Shown one piece after another: positions 24,801-36,480 of a stretch of DNA of 64,000 nucleotides. Each line of letters opens with the position of its first letter. Within the stretch, counting starts at the first letter, position 1. A program made the position numbers and the translations under genes. The DNA comes from Lytechinus pictus. Its lineage: Eukaryota. The DNA lies in assembly GCF_037042905.1 (NCBI RefSeq), contig NC_087246.1, positions 6,822,001-6,886,000 of the forward strand. Reading direction: 5' to 3'. The notes beneath the pieces were generated by a model. The model did no database searches, was not told the origin of the DNA, and worked only from the letters and a program-made list of their open reading frames with translations.

Positions 24801-27149
24801 TATTTGATAACATTCTGGCTTTCTCATTGACATTTGTGACAGCTTTCTCGATGGCCTGCTTTTTTAATGTTTTGGATATTGGATATTTCATTTCTATGAT
24901 ACTCCTGGAAAACCATTTTTTAAACAAATGTTGAAAATATCATTAGTCTTGTGATATTAAAAAGCACTTTGCTTTTAAAATGGCTATAATTATTGATTTA
25001 CAATATTGCTTACTTTAAAAAAAAATTTTGCTTTCATCACTTTTGGAATTGTGATTGGAAATACAATTACTATTCATTAATGATGACATAGTATGGTGTG
25101 TTAAAGGGGAGGGATTATTTATTAGTCACAGTCTGACAATATAACCAGCAATCTAACTGTTTTCAGACAATAATAGAAATGATTGGTGGTAAAAGGTGTT
25201 GACGTGTAATTGATATATCAGATCCTTGCACTAATGGATAATTTGGGGGTATGTTCCATTCACACTGTGGAGAATTCAGTACTGTACTGATACAAACTAG
25301 TGAATGCAGCTTATGCGCTTTTCTGCTGATTTAGATATCACAAAAGAGACACTTTGAAATGCACACTAAAATGATACTCATACAAATGCTGGATACACCA
25401 ATGCGTATACACAACACTGCATATGTCCCTTCGTGGGGGCTGCGTACGCTTGGAAGATTTTTTTTTCAGTCACGATAAACTGACTTTTTTGTTTTGGAGC
25501 CAGTATTTACGTAATAAAAACAATTTTTGAGCAAAATTCATAGTTTGTTTGTTCATCCCCATTTATGAATTCTGATAATTTTTTCAACAAGATCAAGAAT
25601 AGAAATATTAACAAACACTGCCCTGATTTGCACTGGATACGCCATTGACAAAGTGTAGGCAATGCTGAAAATGTCCACTTGTGGTGGCTGCGTGCAATGA
25701 TAATTCTTTAGCCACCACAAGCTGATATTTTTTTAACGCTCTTTGGAAGCTAATTCCATCAAAATTATGGATGATTGATCCATAAAATAACAACCAGACA
25801 AAAAAGACTGAATCATGTCACGACATATCAAATTTAGTGTAATTTCATTTGATTTGGACATCCAAATATTAAGTTAAAAATATGAAAACTTCATATTTGC
25901 TTTACTCGAAATCAACTTATTTGTGCTGGAGGGCTAAAATACAAGTTTGTGGTGACAGTGACAAATTTTTTACTGTTTACCAAACACAATTCTCTTACAA
26001 TTTCTTTCCTCAGCAAAGAGAGAGAGAGTTCCCCCAAGGTAGGCCTATAAGGAGTGATTTATTGGATGAACCCCAAATTCATTCGTAGAATATTTGTCAA
26101 AAATGAAATGAAAATAGAGCAATCGTACAGCCCTACTCCATACAAGTGAAGTGATTAATGACCCTTGTTAGAACTTGATTCACATGGTTGCTCTTTAAAA
26201 AACTATTCCCACAGTCAAATTCTAATGGGAGAAAAACCTGTGCTCATTTGGGACAATGAATTATTCTTTGATCAGATTTTGTTCAAATTGGCATCATTCA
26301 CTAATTGAAACCTTCTTTCATTTCCTTTTTCTATTGATACATGTAAAACAATGTAAATGTGAGATATTTGAAGCCCAAATTGAAACCTAAAATGGCTATT
26401 TTCCCAAGTTCATGAAATATCTAAACCCAATTGAACTACGATCCCCAATATAAATGAAAAGAAGAGCTCCCCCTCTTGTTCAGTCTTACAGAGACACTCC
26501 CATTTTGTTTGCATAAAATGAGTCACCTTCACACAAGGTTTTTGATCAAATTACCAACGCATAAGAGACGATGACACCTATTACAGTTTCTCCATGCAGA
26601 ATCCAAATTATACACTCACCTACAGTTTAATTCAAGATGTAATGTTTTTCTCTATTGACTTTTCAGCAACAAAAATTATTGTTTTTAATTTATGTGCTAT
26701 TCCTACATGTATACCTGAAAACAAATAACACTGGGAGATAGGTATTTTGATTTTTGTGTGCTGTAATCTTTATAAAAAATGAATGCATCTGAGTTGCGGC
26801 CATCTTAATTAGCCTGGATAATATATTTAGACATCGATATGTATGGGCCTATAGCATGACATCCTCCTCCCCTATTTTATTTGCCTATTGTACTGAAATA
26901 TGGAAAAGGGAGCAATGTAAACTGAAATTTACATCACTACTATTTTCTGTTTAAACAATCAACATGATATTAAAGTAAAGAAAACCTGGTTTCTTGATAC
27001 ACTAGTAGGCCCACTGAACTGTATTCTTTATAGAATAGAATTCAGTAAGTCAGTTATTGTGCAATGTTGTGCTGTTTAGGTCAGAAAATACATATAGAGC
27101 ACTTAAAGATATATGAAAATAGTCACACTATACACTGATTTCACTAGTC

Positions 27150-27446
27150 TGTTTTGCTTATTCTTCACAAAAGTTCCACATTTGGTAATGAGGAGAAAAT
27201 TAGAGTATTTCATCTTTCATGTAATAAAATGCAAAAGAAATGGATGATGTGATCAGTCTCCTCATGTGCATATCGACCAGGATGTGCATAAAACTGTTTT
27301 GTGAAATCAAGTGAAACTTTAAAATGTCATAACTTTATTATTATACACCTGATTTCGATGAAATTTTCAGTGTTATGCTTGTTGAATTTTTCTATTTTCA
27401 TTCAATTTCAAATCAACTTTTGGTTGGGATGGACTTGTCCTTTTAA
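27150..27446. mobile_element. Degenerate right-hand part of a Kolobok-type MITE
   Basis: Ends ggatggacttgtcct followed by TTAA. Related eroded ends lie near 6750-6873, 41080-41192 and 55400-55510. Confidence 0.45.
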
Positions 27447-28980
27447 CATTAGGGCTGTCCGCACTCGCCTGTGATTTTACCTCACTTCTACACTTGTCCA
27501 ACCAGGAAAAAAATTTGCAAAATTATTACGGACGAATTTTGGCCAAAACCTCAGTAGGAGTGGCTAAACAGGAAGGGGTAATCGTTTATTTCCCTGACTT
27601 AGTCCAGACCTTGCAGTAAGAAAAATGTCTGTTGAAACGGTGCTTTGGTTTAAAGAAATTCTTTACTGAAGTGGATTTTTATTTCGAATATTTTATATTC
27701 AGTGTTCATCATGCATGCTTACATACATTTGTATTTTATTTAAACTATTATTACACTAGTTTATCTTGCATTGTGGATTGATCCATGCTTATCATCGTGA
27801 TATGAGGTTTCTCATGCATTATTGAAGGTCTCATGATGATAATAAAAGTAAACTATTTTGTTTAAACAAGCATGGTTATCCCCACCATGTCATTCATTTT
27901 ATTTAAATATTCTATCTCACGCAAGGAGATTACTATTCCTTCTATTTATTGTTTGATAAACTTGTTTTTCAAACAACCCATCCTTAATTTGATGAATTGT
28001 GCCAATAATACAAATGTTATCTATTTCAGCAAATATTCTTATCATTCTAGTTATCCATTGTTATGTGTTTTATGTCTGTCCGATTGATAAATGGTTGTGC
28101 TTACATGTGTTTTGGCACTGCTTTTAGCAGCCAGCCAGCTTAAAAGTGACTTTGAAGCTTTTTAAGCATGTATAGAATATTTCCATTTGCATTTATTGTT
28201 GTAAATGTGAATATGTACACTCTAAATTACAGGTGATTTTGGGGACATATCTAAACCTGTATTTTGTTTGAATCCTAAAGATCCTTATTTTTGAAAAAAA
28301 AAGTTTACAAAAAATCTAGAATTAAAGGAATCCAGCGGTTGTTAGGTTAAGTATACAGGTGATCGAGAGTGAGTGAGCAGTAACAAATAGAGCTGTGAGT
28401 TAGATTTTGTGGTACCAAACAGCTTTTCATATTTTACTTTCATAGGTTAGTGACACAAAATAATGTAAAATCAAATCAATGAAAAATGAATAAGAGGATT
28501 TTTTTATTGACGAACTGCAAGTACTTTAACATATTTATAGTGTAGCTTTTTGTAATTGATATAGTTTTTGCAATTTATTAATACAAATCTTATTCCTCTA
28601 TATATCAAATTTACACCAAACATTAATATGAATTGTTAGACATGATTTTCTTGTCATGTTATGAAGAGTGAAAATATCAGATAGAGGGAGAGAAGTTGCG
28701 CTTTGGGGGGGGGGGGGGAGGGGTAAGTTTATCAGTTCACTTATCCTGATTTCAAAGTACTCCAGTGATCTGTAATTGTGACCCAGACATTATGAATTGT
28801 CTTGCACCACACTTAAAGTTGACACAGTTGGTTTGTAAACACTTGAGTTTATGATTTAGATAATGAGTTTGGTTGATAGTAGATACCATTGACCTAAGGG
28901 TTCTTGGTTATCAAGTTGTAGATAAATGAAAATCAAATAGAAACATGATAAGGTTTATTAAGACCCCATTGATCTTTAGA

Positions 28981-29774
28981 ATACCTGTTAAATTATGAGA
29001 ACTTGTGCAGGCCTCAAGACACCCAATAATAATTTCAGCATTACACTGACCCGAAGCAGACCCTTTTGGGGTAAGTTCTTGAAGTTACAAGATTGCGCAA
29101 TGTGGTCTGATGAGCAGGCAAGGGCACAGCGTTCACACTCAACTGCTCGCACGGTTGAAAAAGTTCTCATAATTTCCTTTCACACTGCCAAAATACCCAC
29201 AACCTTGGAAAAAAAAAGTTCTGGTAATTTTGGCAAGTACCTATACTATTTAGGAGATATTTTTTTCGGGGATATCACAAGTAATTTGCTTTCACATTAG
29301 GCAGGGCTGCACCATCCCGAGTTTGCTTAATCTCGAGATTTTAGCCCGATCGGCCTTCTTCGCGATTTATAATTTCGAGATTCAAGAAACCCTGTCTCCA
29401 CCATCGCAAGAAGAGCGATTCCTGCTCGAGCGAGGCATCGATGCATTATGGTCTGACGCTGTGAATATATAATCCCGAGTGCGTCTGCACCTGCGAATTA
29501 GCGCGATAATTTGTAAAATAGCGCGCTATTTTGCAAATAATCCCAAGTTGACTTGGGATTGCAATCTCGAGATTAATCCTACGAACTAGCGCGATAATTG
29601 CGTCTCCATTACAAATAATCTCGAGATTGTTCAGATCGGGATAATTTGCCGGATCAGATATAGCGCGCTAATTTGAAAACTTGGGATGGTGCAGACGGCC
29701 CTATTGGCAATAATACCTGGTAGATCAGGGGAATACCTGGAACTGATGAACTTCGAGGCGGTCTCAATACGCCT
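28981..29774. mobile_element. Family E copy 3 (left end eroded), interrupted by a family D MITE
   Basis: Similarity to 19516-19990 on both sides of the insertion; right TIR tcgaggcggtctcaatacgcct. Confidence 0.7.
29301..29701. mobile_element. Family D short copy (401 bp), inverted relative to 13431-14290 and nested in family E
   Basis: Both TIR arms match the long copy; the central part is deleted. Confidence 0.85.
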
Positions 29775-30753
29775 GTGGTGGCAGCTTTTCAGGTCATGAT
29801 AGAATTAAAAATAATTATGAATAAATTAAGTTGGATTTTTAGAAAAGAAATGGGCTACAAAATCAGAGAGCATGGAGTGAGTGAAAGGGAACATATTGAT
29901 TTAGAAATAGTTTGACAATTGCATTAATATCATTTCATGATGTTTGTGTTATCAGGGCTTGCTGTGTTTAATATGTAGATATAAATCTTTTGACAAAATC
30001 TCTGGTCGTATCTTTATAACAACAATGTGACTTTAAGTTATTATGAGAGTTGTAAGTAAGGTACAGAGGTGGATCATTGGTAGCCCCCCTAAACAATCAT
30101 TAATTCTTTTCACCTACCTAGTGTAATAAAATCATTTCATATGTCAACAGTTCTATCAGATAGAAACGCTCATTTAAGATTTAGCAAACACAATTGGACT
30201 TGACACAATAACATTTTTACTCCACTATCAGATTAACAATTGCTTTGACAATCTCTGCCAAGTACTTAAAATATTTCATGATTTTTTTTTAAAGCTTGTT
30301 TTACAATGAATTATGTTTCCAAGTTATGCCCACATTAGTTGTGGTCCAGTACTTGGATAAAAGTTTATTTATATGAAAAGAGAGAGATCAAAGCATTACA
30401 ACTCTAAAAGCTTTATAAATTCAGATGGAAAATAAATCAGTTTGCTTCTGTAACTCACAGAATAGTTTAATGTTTTTAGTTAGTTTTGCATTTCATAATA
30501 CTAAAATATATAAATAATACAATATTTCTTATATGAGAAGCGCCTACATGTAATTGAATCATAGCTTAAATAATGAATAAATCAGTACTTACATGTATGC
30601 TATTCTATTAGGAGGCAATCCATGTTTCACTGTTTAGAAAGAAGAAAAGAAATATAAATCATTAAACAGTGTGTTGATTCATCTGTTCCCTCATTCTGTT
30701 CTGTGTAAAAACTCTCTTTCTCTCCCCGCTTTTTTTATTCCACCTCACATTTA

Positions 30754-31133
30754 TACCCCTTTCATAAACCCAATTATGCGGCTAATAGCAGCATAATTTG
30801 GTCGTAAAATCGGAGGAGGACCAGAGTTATCCGCATTATTTTGATGCTGCAATTATCCGCATAATAGCGGCATCGGGACCAGATTTTGACTTTATGAACG
30901 CTTTCCAAAGTAATGCGGATAGTTGCCATGGTGCGGTCACAAGGTCACCCTTTTCCAACACAACCGCATAGGAGGGGGCGTGTCCAGTTGTCATGACGAT
31001 TATCCGCCTTTTCCAGGACGGGCGCTCGTAAAAATAATGCGGATAATTTTCGGAGTTTGTGAACGCAATTTTTATTGAATTATCCGCATTACTATTAGGC
31101 GGCTAATTGGAGGATAGGTTTATGAAAGGGGTA
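30754..31133. mobile_element. MITE family F (Harbinger-like)
   Basis: Perfect 17-bp TIR tacccctttcataaacc / ggtttatgaaaggggta, flanks TTA/TCA, reiterated tatccgcat/atgcggata motif. Confidence 0.8.
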
Positions 31134-33356
31134 TCACTCTCTCCACTTTACAATATCTGATTTTCATCTCCTTCTCTCTCTCTCTCCTTCTCTTCCACTC
31201 TTTCCCCCACTTTCATTCTTCACTCTTCTTCCACCCTTGACTATTCCACTGGGACATGCTCATGTGCGTGAACAGATAGTTGCGGGTGTTGGGTTTGGCG
31301 CTTCCCCTTCGTGCTATATCCTCTTTGACCATTTCTATGGATTGACGACTTGTCATGTCAGTTCTGACACCTTCGTGGTCTTGTTTCACAGGTTGCTGTA
31401 GGCTGGTGCTAGTGACACAAGCACCTTTGACCATTTGCCATTCAGCGGGATGTTTTGGTTTTCAGGCTTCACTGAAAGATTTCCTTCGCTTTGAGTAAAA
31501 CATATTGAGGTAGCTTTTACAAGTTGCAGCAACAGTCTTTTAAAAATTATTATAAAGTTGTTTTCCAAGTTTGTATTTTAATGTTTTTATTTTAAAAAAA
31601 TGGGCCCCCATGATCAAATTATATTCCACATATTCAAAATAATGCTGAGATAAAAAAATATTGACTAAATATCTGTACTCAGAAAATTCAGGATTAAGCA
31701 AATGCCAGTGTAAAAAGGGTTTTTGATGGTCCTGCCTAAACTCACGTAGCCATTATGTACTTAACATGTTGACATGATGACATGGGGCAGGAGATAGGAC
31801 ACTAAAAACACAGACTGGATGATAAAGCTTCATTATCTCACTAACCTGATAAGAGCAAGGGTATAAAGGGGAATGAGATTTCATTTTATTACATGTGATT
31901 GAGAATGATATACTTATGTCATTGACATACCAATACTGACTCTCTCAACACTGCAGGTTCATTTTACCATGTTCTGTACACATCATGTCAAACTTAAACT
32001 TCACATCATTTGTATCCAATAACATTAATAAACAAATAAAAAAAGAACAGATAGGAATTGTTGTTTGTTTTACTTGTCTTACATTTCTGTAGTGTCACAA
32101 CTATTCAAAAACAATAATAAATTTCTACACTCTGAATTTTAACAATTTATAAGAAATCCAGATTGGTTGTGAATGGTGAACAGCCAATCATGGGATCAAT
32201 TTTATTCTTGAGGATTAACTTATTAATCCTCAGGATTGAGTGTTACCTCTCGGAAGATTAAATTCATATCTCTGTGCTTTAAGTTCTATACAACAAGTTT
32301 TAAATCTGAAACTAATTCTGGCTGGTCACTATTCACAGGCAATCTGAATTCATTTTTAAATTCTTGAAATTTAGAGTATTTGTCAGTTACAAATATCTAC
32401 ATTTATATCTCAAAGATTTTAGTGTTTGTTTTCAAACTTTCTTTCTCAATCTGAGATAAAGAGAATATAGTGACCGATATGGGCATATTAGAGTACTGGT
32501 GGATCAAACATATTGTAATAGAAATAGCTTTTTAAAGTTTAGATTGCTCAATTATTTCTCAAGTGTCTTCTGGCTACTGCTGAAAGCTCTTGTGACAAGG
32601 TTGTTGATAATTACCTTCTTGATGCTTTTAAAGTACGAGTGATCCAAAGCATTTTGATTGATTTATTCACCCTCTGAAGATGCGGTCTGTTGCCACTAAG
32701 GAATGAAAATAATTACATAATTATTAAAAAATGGCAATTGTGCATGCTTGTCTCAACATTCATGATGTATTCAATTATCTTTGGCTGTGGGATATCTCAT
32801 GACTGTACCAGCCAAGGGCAATGGAGTACTTGCTGGTCATCTAGCGAACAAGAAGCCCATTGAAAGGACTCTCCCCTCTTCCTCTCATCTTTGTCTACAT
32901 CTTGGGATTTGAGCACCCTCGGTGTTGATGGGGTTTGAAGTGGAGGAGGCCCCCTTGTGGCTGCGTCAGGTCAACGTGAAATAGTCTCACCATAGATATG
33001 AGCTGTGAAGTCTGTCCTCATGGCGTGTCACAAGTAATCTGTTCTATTTGACCACACTGATTGCCAATGCAGCAAGCTTGAATTGAAGTTAATATTGTGA
33101 ATTTATAAATACCTTTTATACCTTTCATAAAACAAGCAATTGAACAGTGAGTGACCTTTGTTAATATTTCACTACATTGATTTTATCAGGAGAAAATTGA
33201 TTAAAAGAAAATGGTATATTTCTCTTTCATACAATTTATATATACAGTAATCCACTACATTGCACATGTAGGATTTTACTAACACCAAGGTTTTAGTTTT
33301 GATTAATGAATTGTATTCTTTGTACACTGAGTTGATATTATGTATACATCAGAAAT

Positions 33357-34422
33357 TTGGGGGGGGGGGCACTCACATCCACTGGTGGTATGGGTACGTG
33401 CTACTTTGGAGACTCCCTTTTTCAGACCTAATTTCCGCATGGCAAAATTTCCGTTAAAGGGGAATCCAACCCAAATAAAAACTTGTTTTTATAAGAAAAA
33501 GAAAAATCAGACAAGTTGATAGGTGAAAGTTTGAACAATATTGGACAAACAACAAGAAAGTTATGAATTTTTAAAAGTTGTTAATATTGGTAATCACTAT
33601 ACCCATGGAGACTTCAAATTGGCCGCATATGGGATGTCATAGTGATGTAAGGCAAGGACTACTCTTCCATGTACTCCAATACATATTATGGCTAAAATGT
33701 CATTTTCCCCAAAAGTTTTATTTCAAATTATATTTTTCTTTCATGAGGACATAAAACAATATACTACCTGGATTATAATTAGATTACTGCCCCAGGGGAA
33801 TGGGTACGTAGGAGAAAACCACAAATCCCTGATAATAAAGTACATGGCTTATGGGAAAGTTGTCCTTGCCCCTTGTCATAATTTACTTAACCAGTTGCCA
33901 ATTTGAAATCTACATACTATTAGTGATCTCAATTTTAAAGCAGCTATAATTTTCTTATTGCTTGTCCGATTTCTTTCAAACTTTCGCCATTCTGTTTAAT
34001 TTATTTTTTTCCTTTCCAACACAAAATTTTATGGCCAAGGCTGGATTCCCCTTTAAGAAGCCATCCCGCCCTGCTCACTAGATCCCTATTACGAGACATC
34101 TCTGTTCCCCAGCCCTGCCGAAATTGTCCAGCGCGAGCTACGCAAAGCCAGCTGCACGCACGGCTTCATATTCCCTCTATACCACGCCGATAGCACCGGC
34201 ACCATGCATGGCTAGCTAGTGCCCAGACGCACAGTGCTAGTGCGCACTGTATCTCGTAATACCGCGATCCTGGTTCGTAGACCCTGTTGTTCACACCGCC
34301 TTGTTTATTTTTAACTTCCCAAGACCCTGTATTTTACCCTTGTCGTCAGTTCCTTAGACCCCCATTTCAAGGTTTCGTGAGGCACATCCCCATCCAAATA
34401 TAATTTGAGTGCTCCCCCTGGG
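33357..34422. mobile_element. Poly(G)-terminus MITE related to 11941-12484, carrying a nested Kolobok-like element
   Basis: ggggggggcactcac...ggtatgggtacgtg / cacatccccatcc...gagtgctccccctggg; near-TSD t(c/t)agaaat. Confidence 0.65.
33458..34052. mobile_element. Kolobok-like MITE (595 bp), nested
   Basis: TIR aggggaatccaacc / ggctggattcccct, TTAA TSD on both sides. Confidence 0.85.
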
Positions 34423-35746
34423 TTAGAAATATAAATATTGGTCCCTGTAACCCTACATCTCACATATTCAAGATAAAAGAAAAAACGCAGAGACTGGAGC
34501 AGAAGATTAAGGAAGATCTTGTTAGATTTTAGTCTGTTTAACTAAAAATTGAATGGAGCCACACCTGAAAACTTTATGCCAGCTACACTTTGAACTCTGA
34601 TGGGTCTGAGGGAATGTTTTCATGTAGAATCGGTTGTATTGATGCAATGTCTGTGTTTGATCATTTCATTTCCCCATTCATGGTGATCGGATGCGTGATG
34701 TAATCCTCTTGAGCGGGTTTTACCTGTGCTAGATTACATATAATAAGACATTGGTATTCGGTGTTGAGAGTTTATATGAGAAAGGGTTGGTTAGCATTCA
34801 TGAAACAAGAAATTCAATCTAATGCGATGCTTGTTTTTGAGCTCTTGAAATAGATGGCGTGGTAAATGGAGAGGTTGATGCGGAGAGAAAAGCATTCTCA
34901 TCAATTATTGAAATACAAACCCAAACCCATTACTAACACATGTTATGTTCATGCTATGGCGACATAAATTCAAGAGTAGTATGTACCATCATGCTAAAAC
35001 ACAAACCAAAGACCGAAGATAGCTTAATCACATTTACAAAGGCACCCAACGCCATGTGCTTGCATAACCCCACCGTCGACTTACTGTGTGCAATCAGAGA
35101 TTCTATTCCATGCTCTTACATGGCTATGCATACTTGCCCAAATTTCATTAATCAACGGCTCGTGCCACCAAATTCCGCACTTACGGAGGCTTTGCCTCTT
35201 TCCCCCTCATTTCTCTTTTGTTTCTTCACTCTCTCCTACTGTCTTCTTGGCTCTCCTTATTTTCTTCTCGCTTAAGTGCACTAAAAGGGGTTGTGAAATA
35301 TTTATCATCCCTCCATCTCTCGGCAATCAAAATTACATGCACGCTCTTCACCCGTGCACAGTCACGACCCGTCCAAATCCATTCGGCTCCCGTCCCGCGA
35401 CACCCGAGATGGTTCCAGAGCAACCAGTGAGATGTGCAGCAATGATGATTGCGGCTGATACCTCGCCAAAATTCTTCCATTAGTGCTTGTCATGTTCAAT
35501 AAAGACGCCTGATAGCTATTTATTAGCATTCCCTGTTGTAGATGGGTCGGAAGCCGAGGGGGGTCGCGACACCTTTGGATTATGTATGCTTACCGACCTG
35601 TGCCAAAGGAGGGAGAAGATGACTTGAAGTATCTTCTTAGTCTTAAATCACAGACACTTGTTCTCCTTTTAAGTTGTGAGGGAAGAAGTAGTTAGTGGGT
35701 GTTGTGACATTGAGGGGAATTAATAGAAATTTTGTAGAGAGACAGA

Positions 35747-35890
35747 ATGATGATGTTTTGGTTTGTTGATGATTGTGAGTGTGATTATGATTATATCAAT
35801 AAGATGGTGATGATAATGTTTGTGATGATGATGATGATTTATATAATGATATCTGATTATCATGACGATAGTGATGATGGTGATTATGGT
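35747..35890. repeat. Degenerate (GAT)n microsatellite
   Basis: Runs of gatgat/gattat; explains the His-rich and Met-rich ORF artefacts here. Confidence 0.7.
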
Positions 35891-36302
35891 GTGAGGATGG
35901 AGATTGAGAGTGCTCATAGCAATTTTAGCGCATAAAAAGTTTATATTCAAATGAGAAGTAGTTGGTGAGAGGATACTAACCAAAATCTTGACAATGATGT
36001 CTGCTGATTTGTTACCAATGTTGAGCTCAATTGATGGACCATTTCATAGATGATGTCAACACGAATGGTTTAGAGTATCTTGAGACTAGCATCTCACCCC
36101 GCAGGTTATCTCCTCTCCTTGAACCTGATAAAGATGGAGTTAGTTCTCTATGACAGCTGTGAAGATACTCTTAGTAAGGAATAAGCACTAATGACTTGAT
36201 GAATGAGTCTTTGGATTACTTGTTCTGTCATATCAAAGTATAATCATCACTGAGTCTCAAGTGCAATCTCAGTGTAATGGATATGTATGTGGACTAGACA
36301 TA

Positions 36303-36480
36303 CCCTGTAAAAACGCTGTTTTAAATTTTAAACACATTGTATAAGCCTGTCACTCTAACAACTACTGTTTAAACTTTTTTAAACAAGTTATTTAAAAAGT
36401 TTAAACATTTACAAAAAAGTTTAAACAACTTGTTAGAGTGACAGGCTTAAACAACGTGCTATTTTTTTTTTTTTACTGTG
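36303..36480. mobile_element. Small foldback MITE with TA flanks
   Basis: Ends ccctgtaaaaa / tttttactgtg. Perfect internal 20-bp inverted repeat taagcctgtcactctaacaa (36342-36361 / 36430-36449). Confidence 0.7.

Noticed and set aside
35720..35983. His-rich and Met/Asp-rich ORFs
   Set aside because: They are translations of a degenerate (GAT)n microsatellite.
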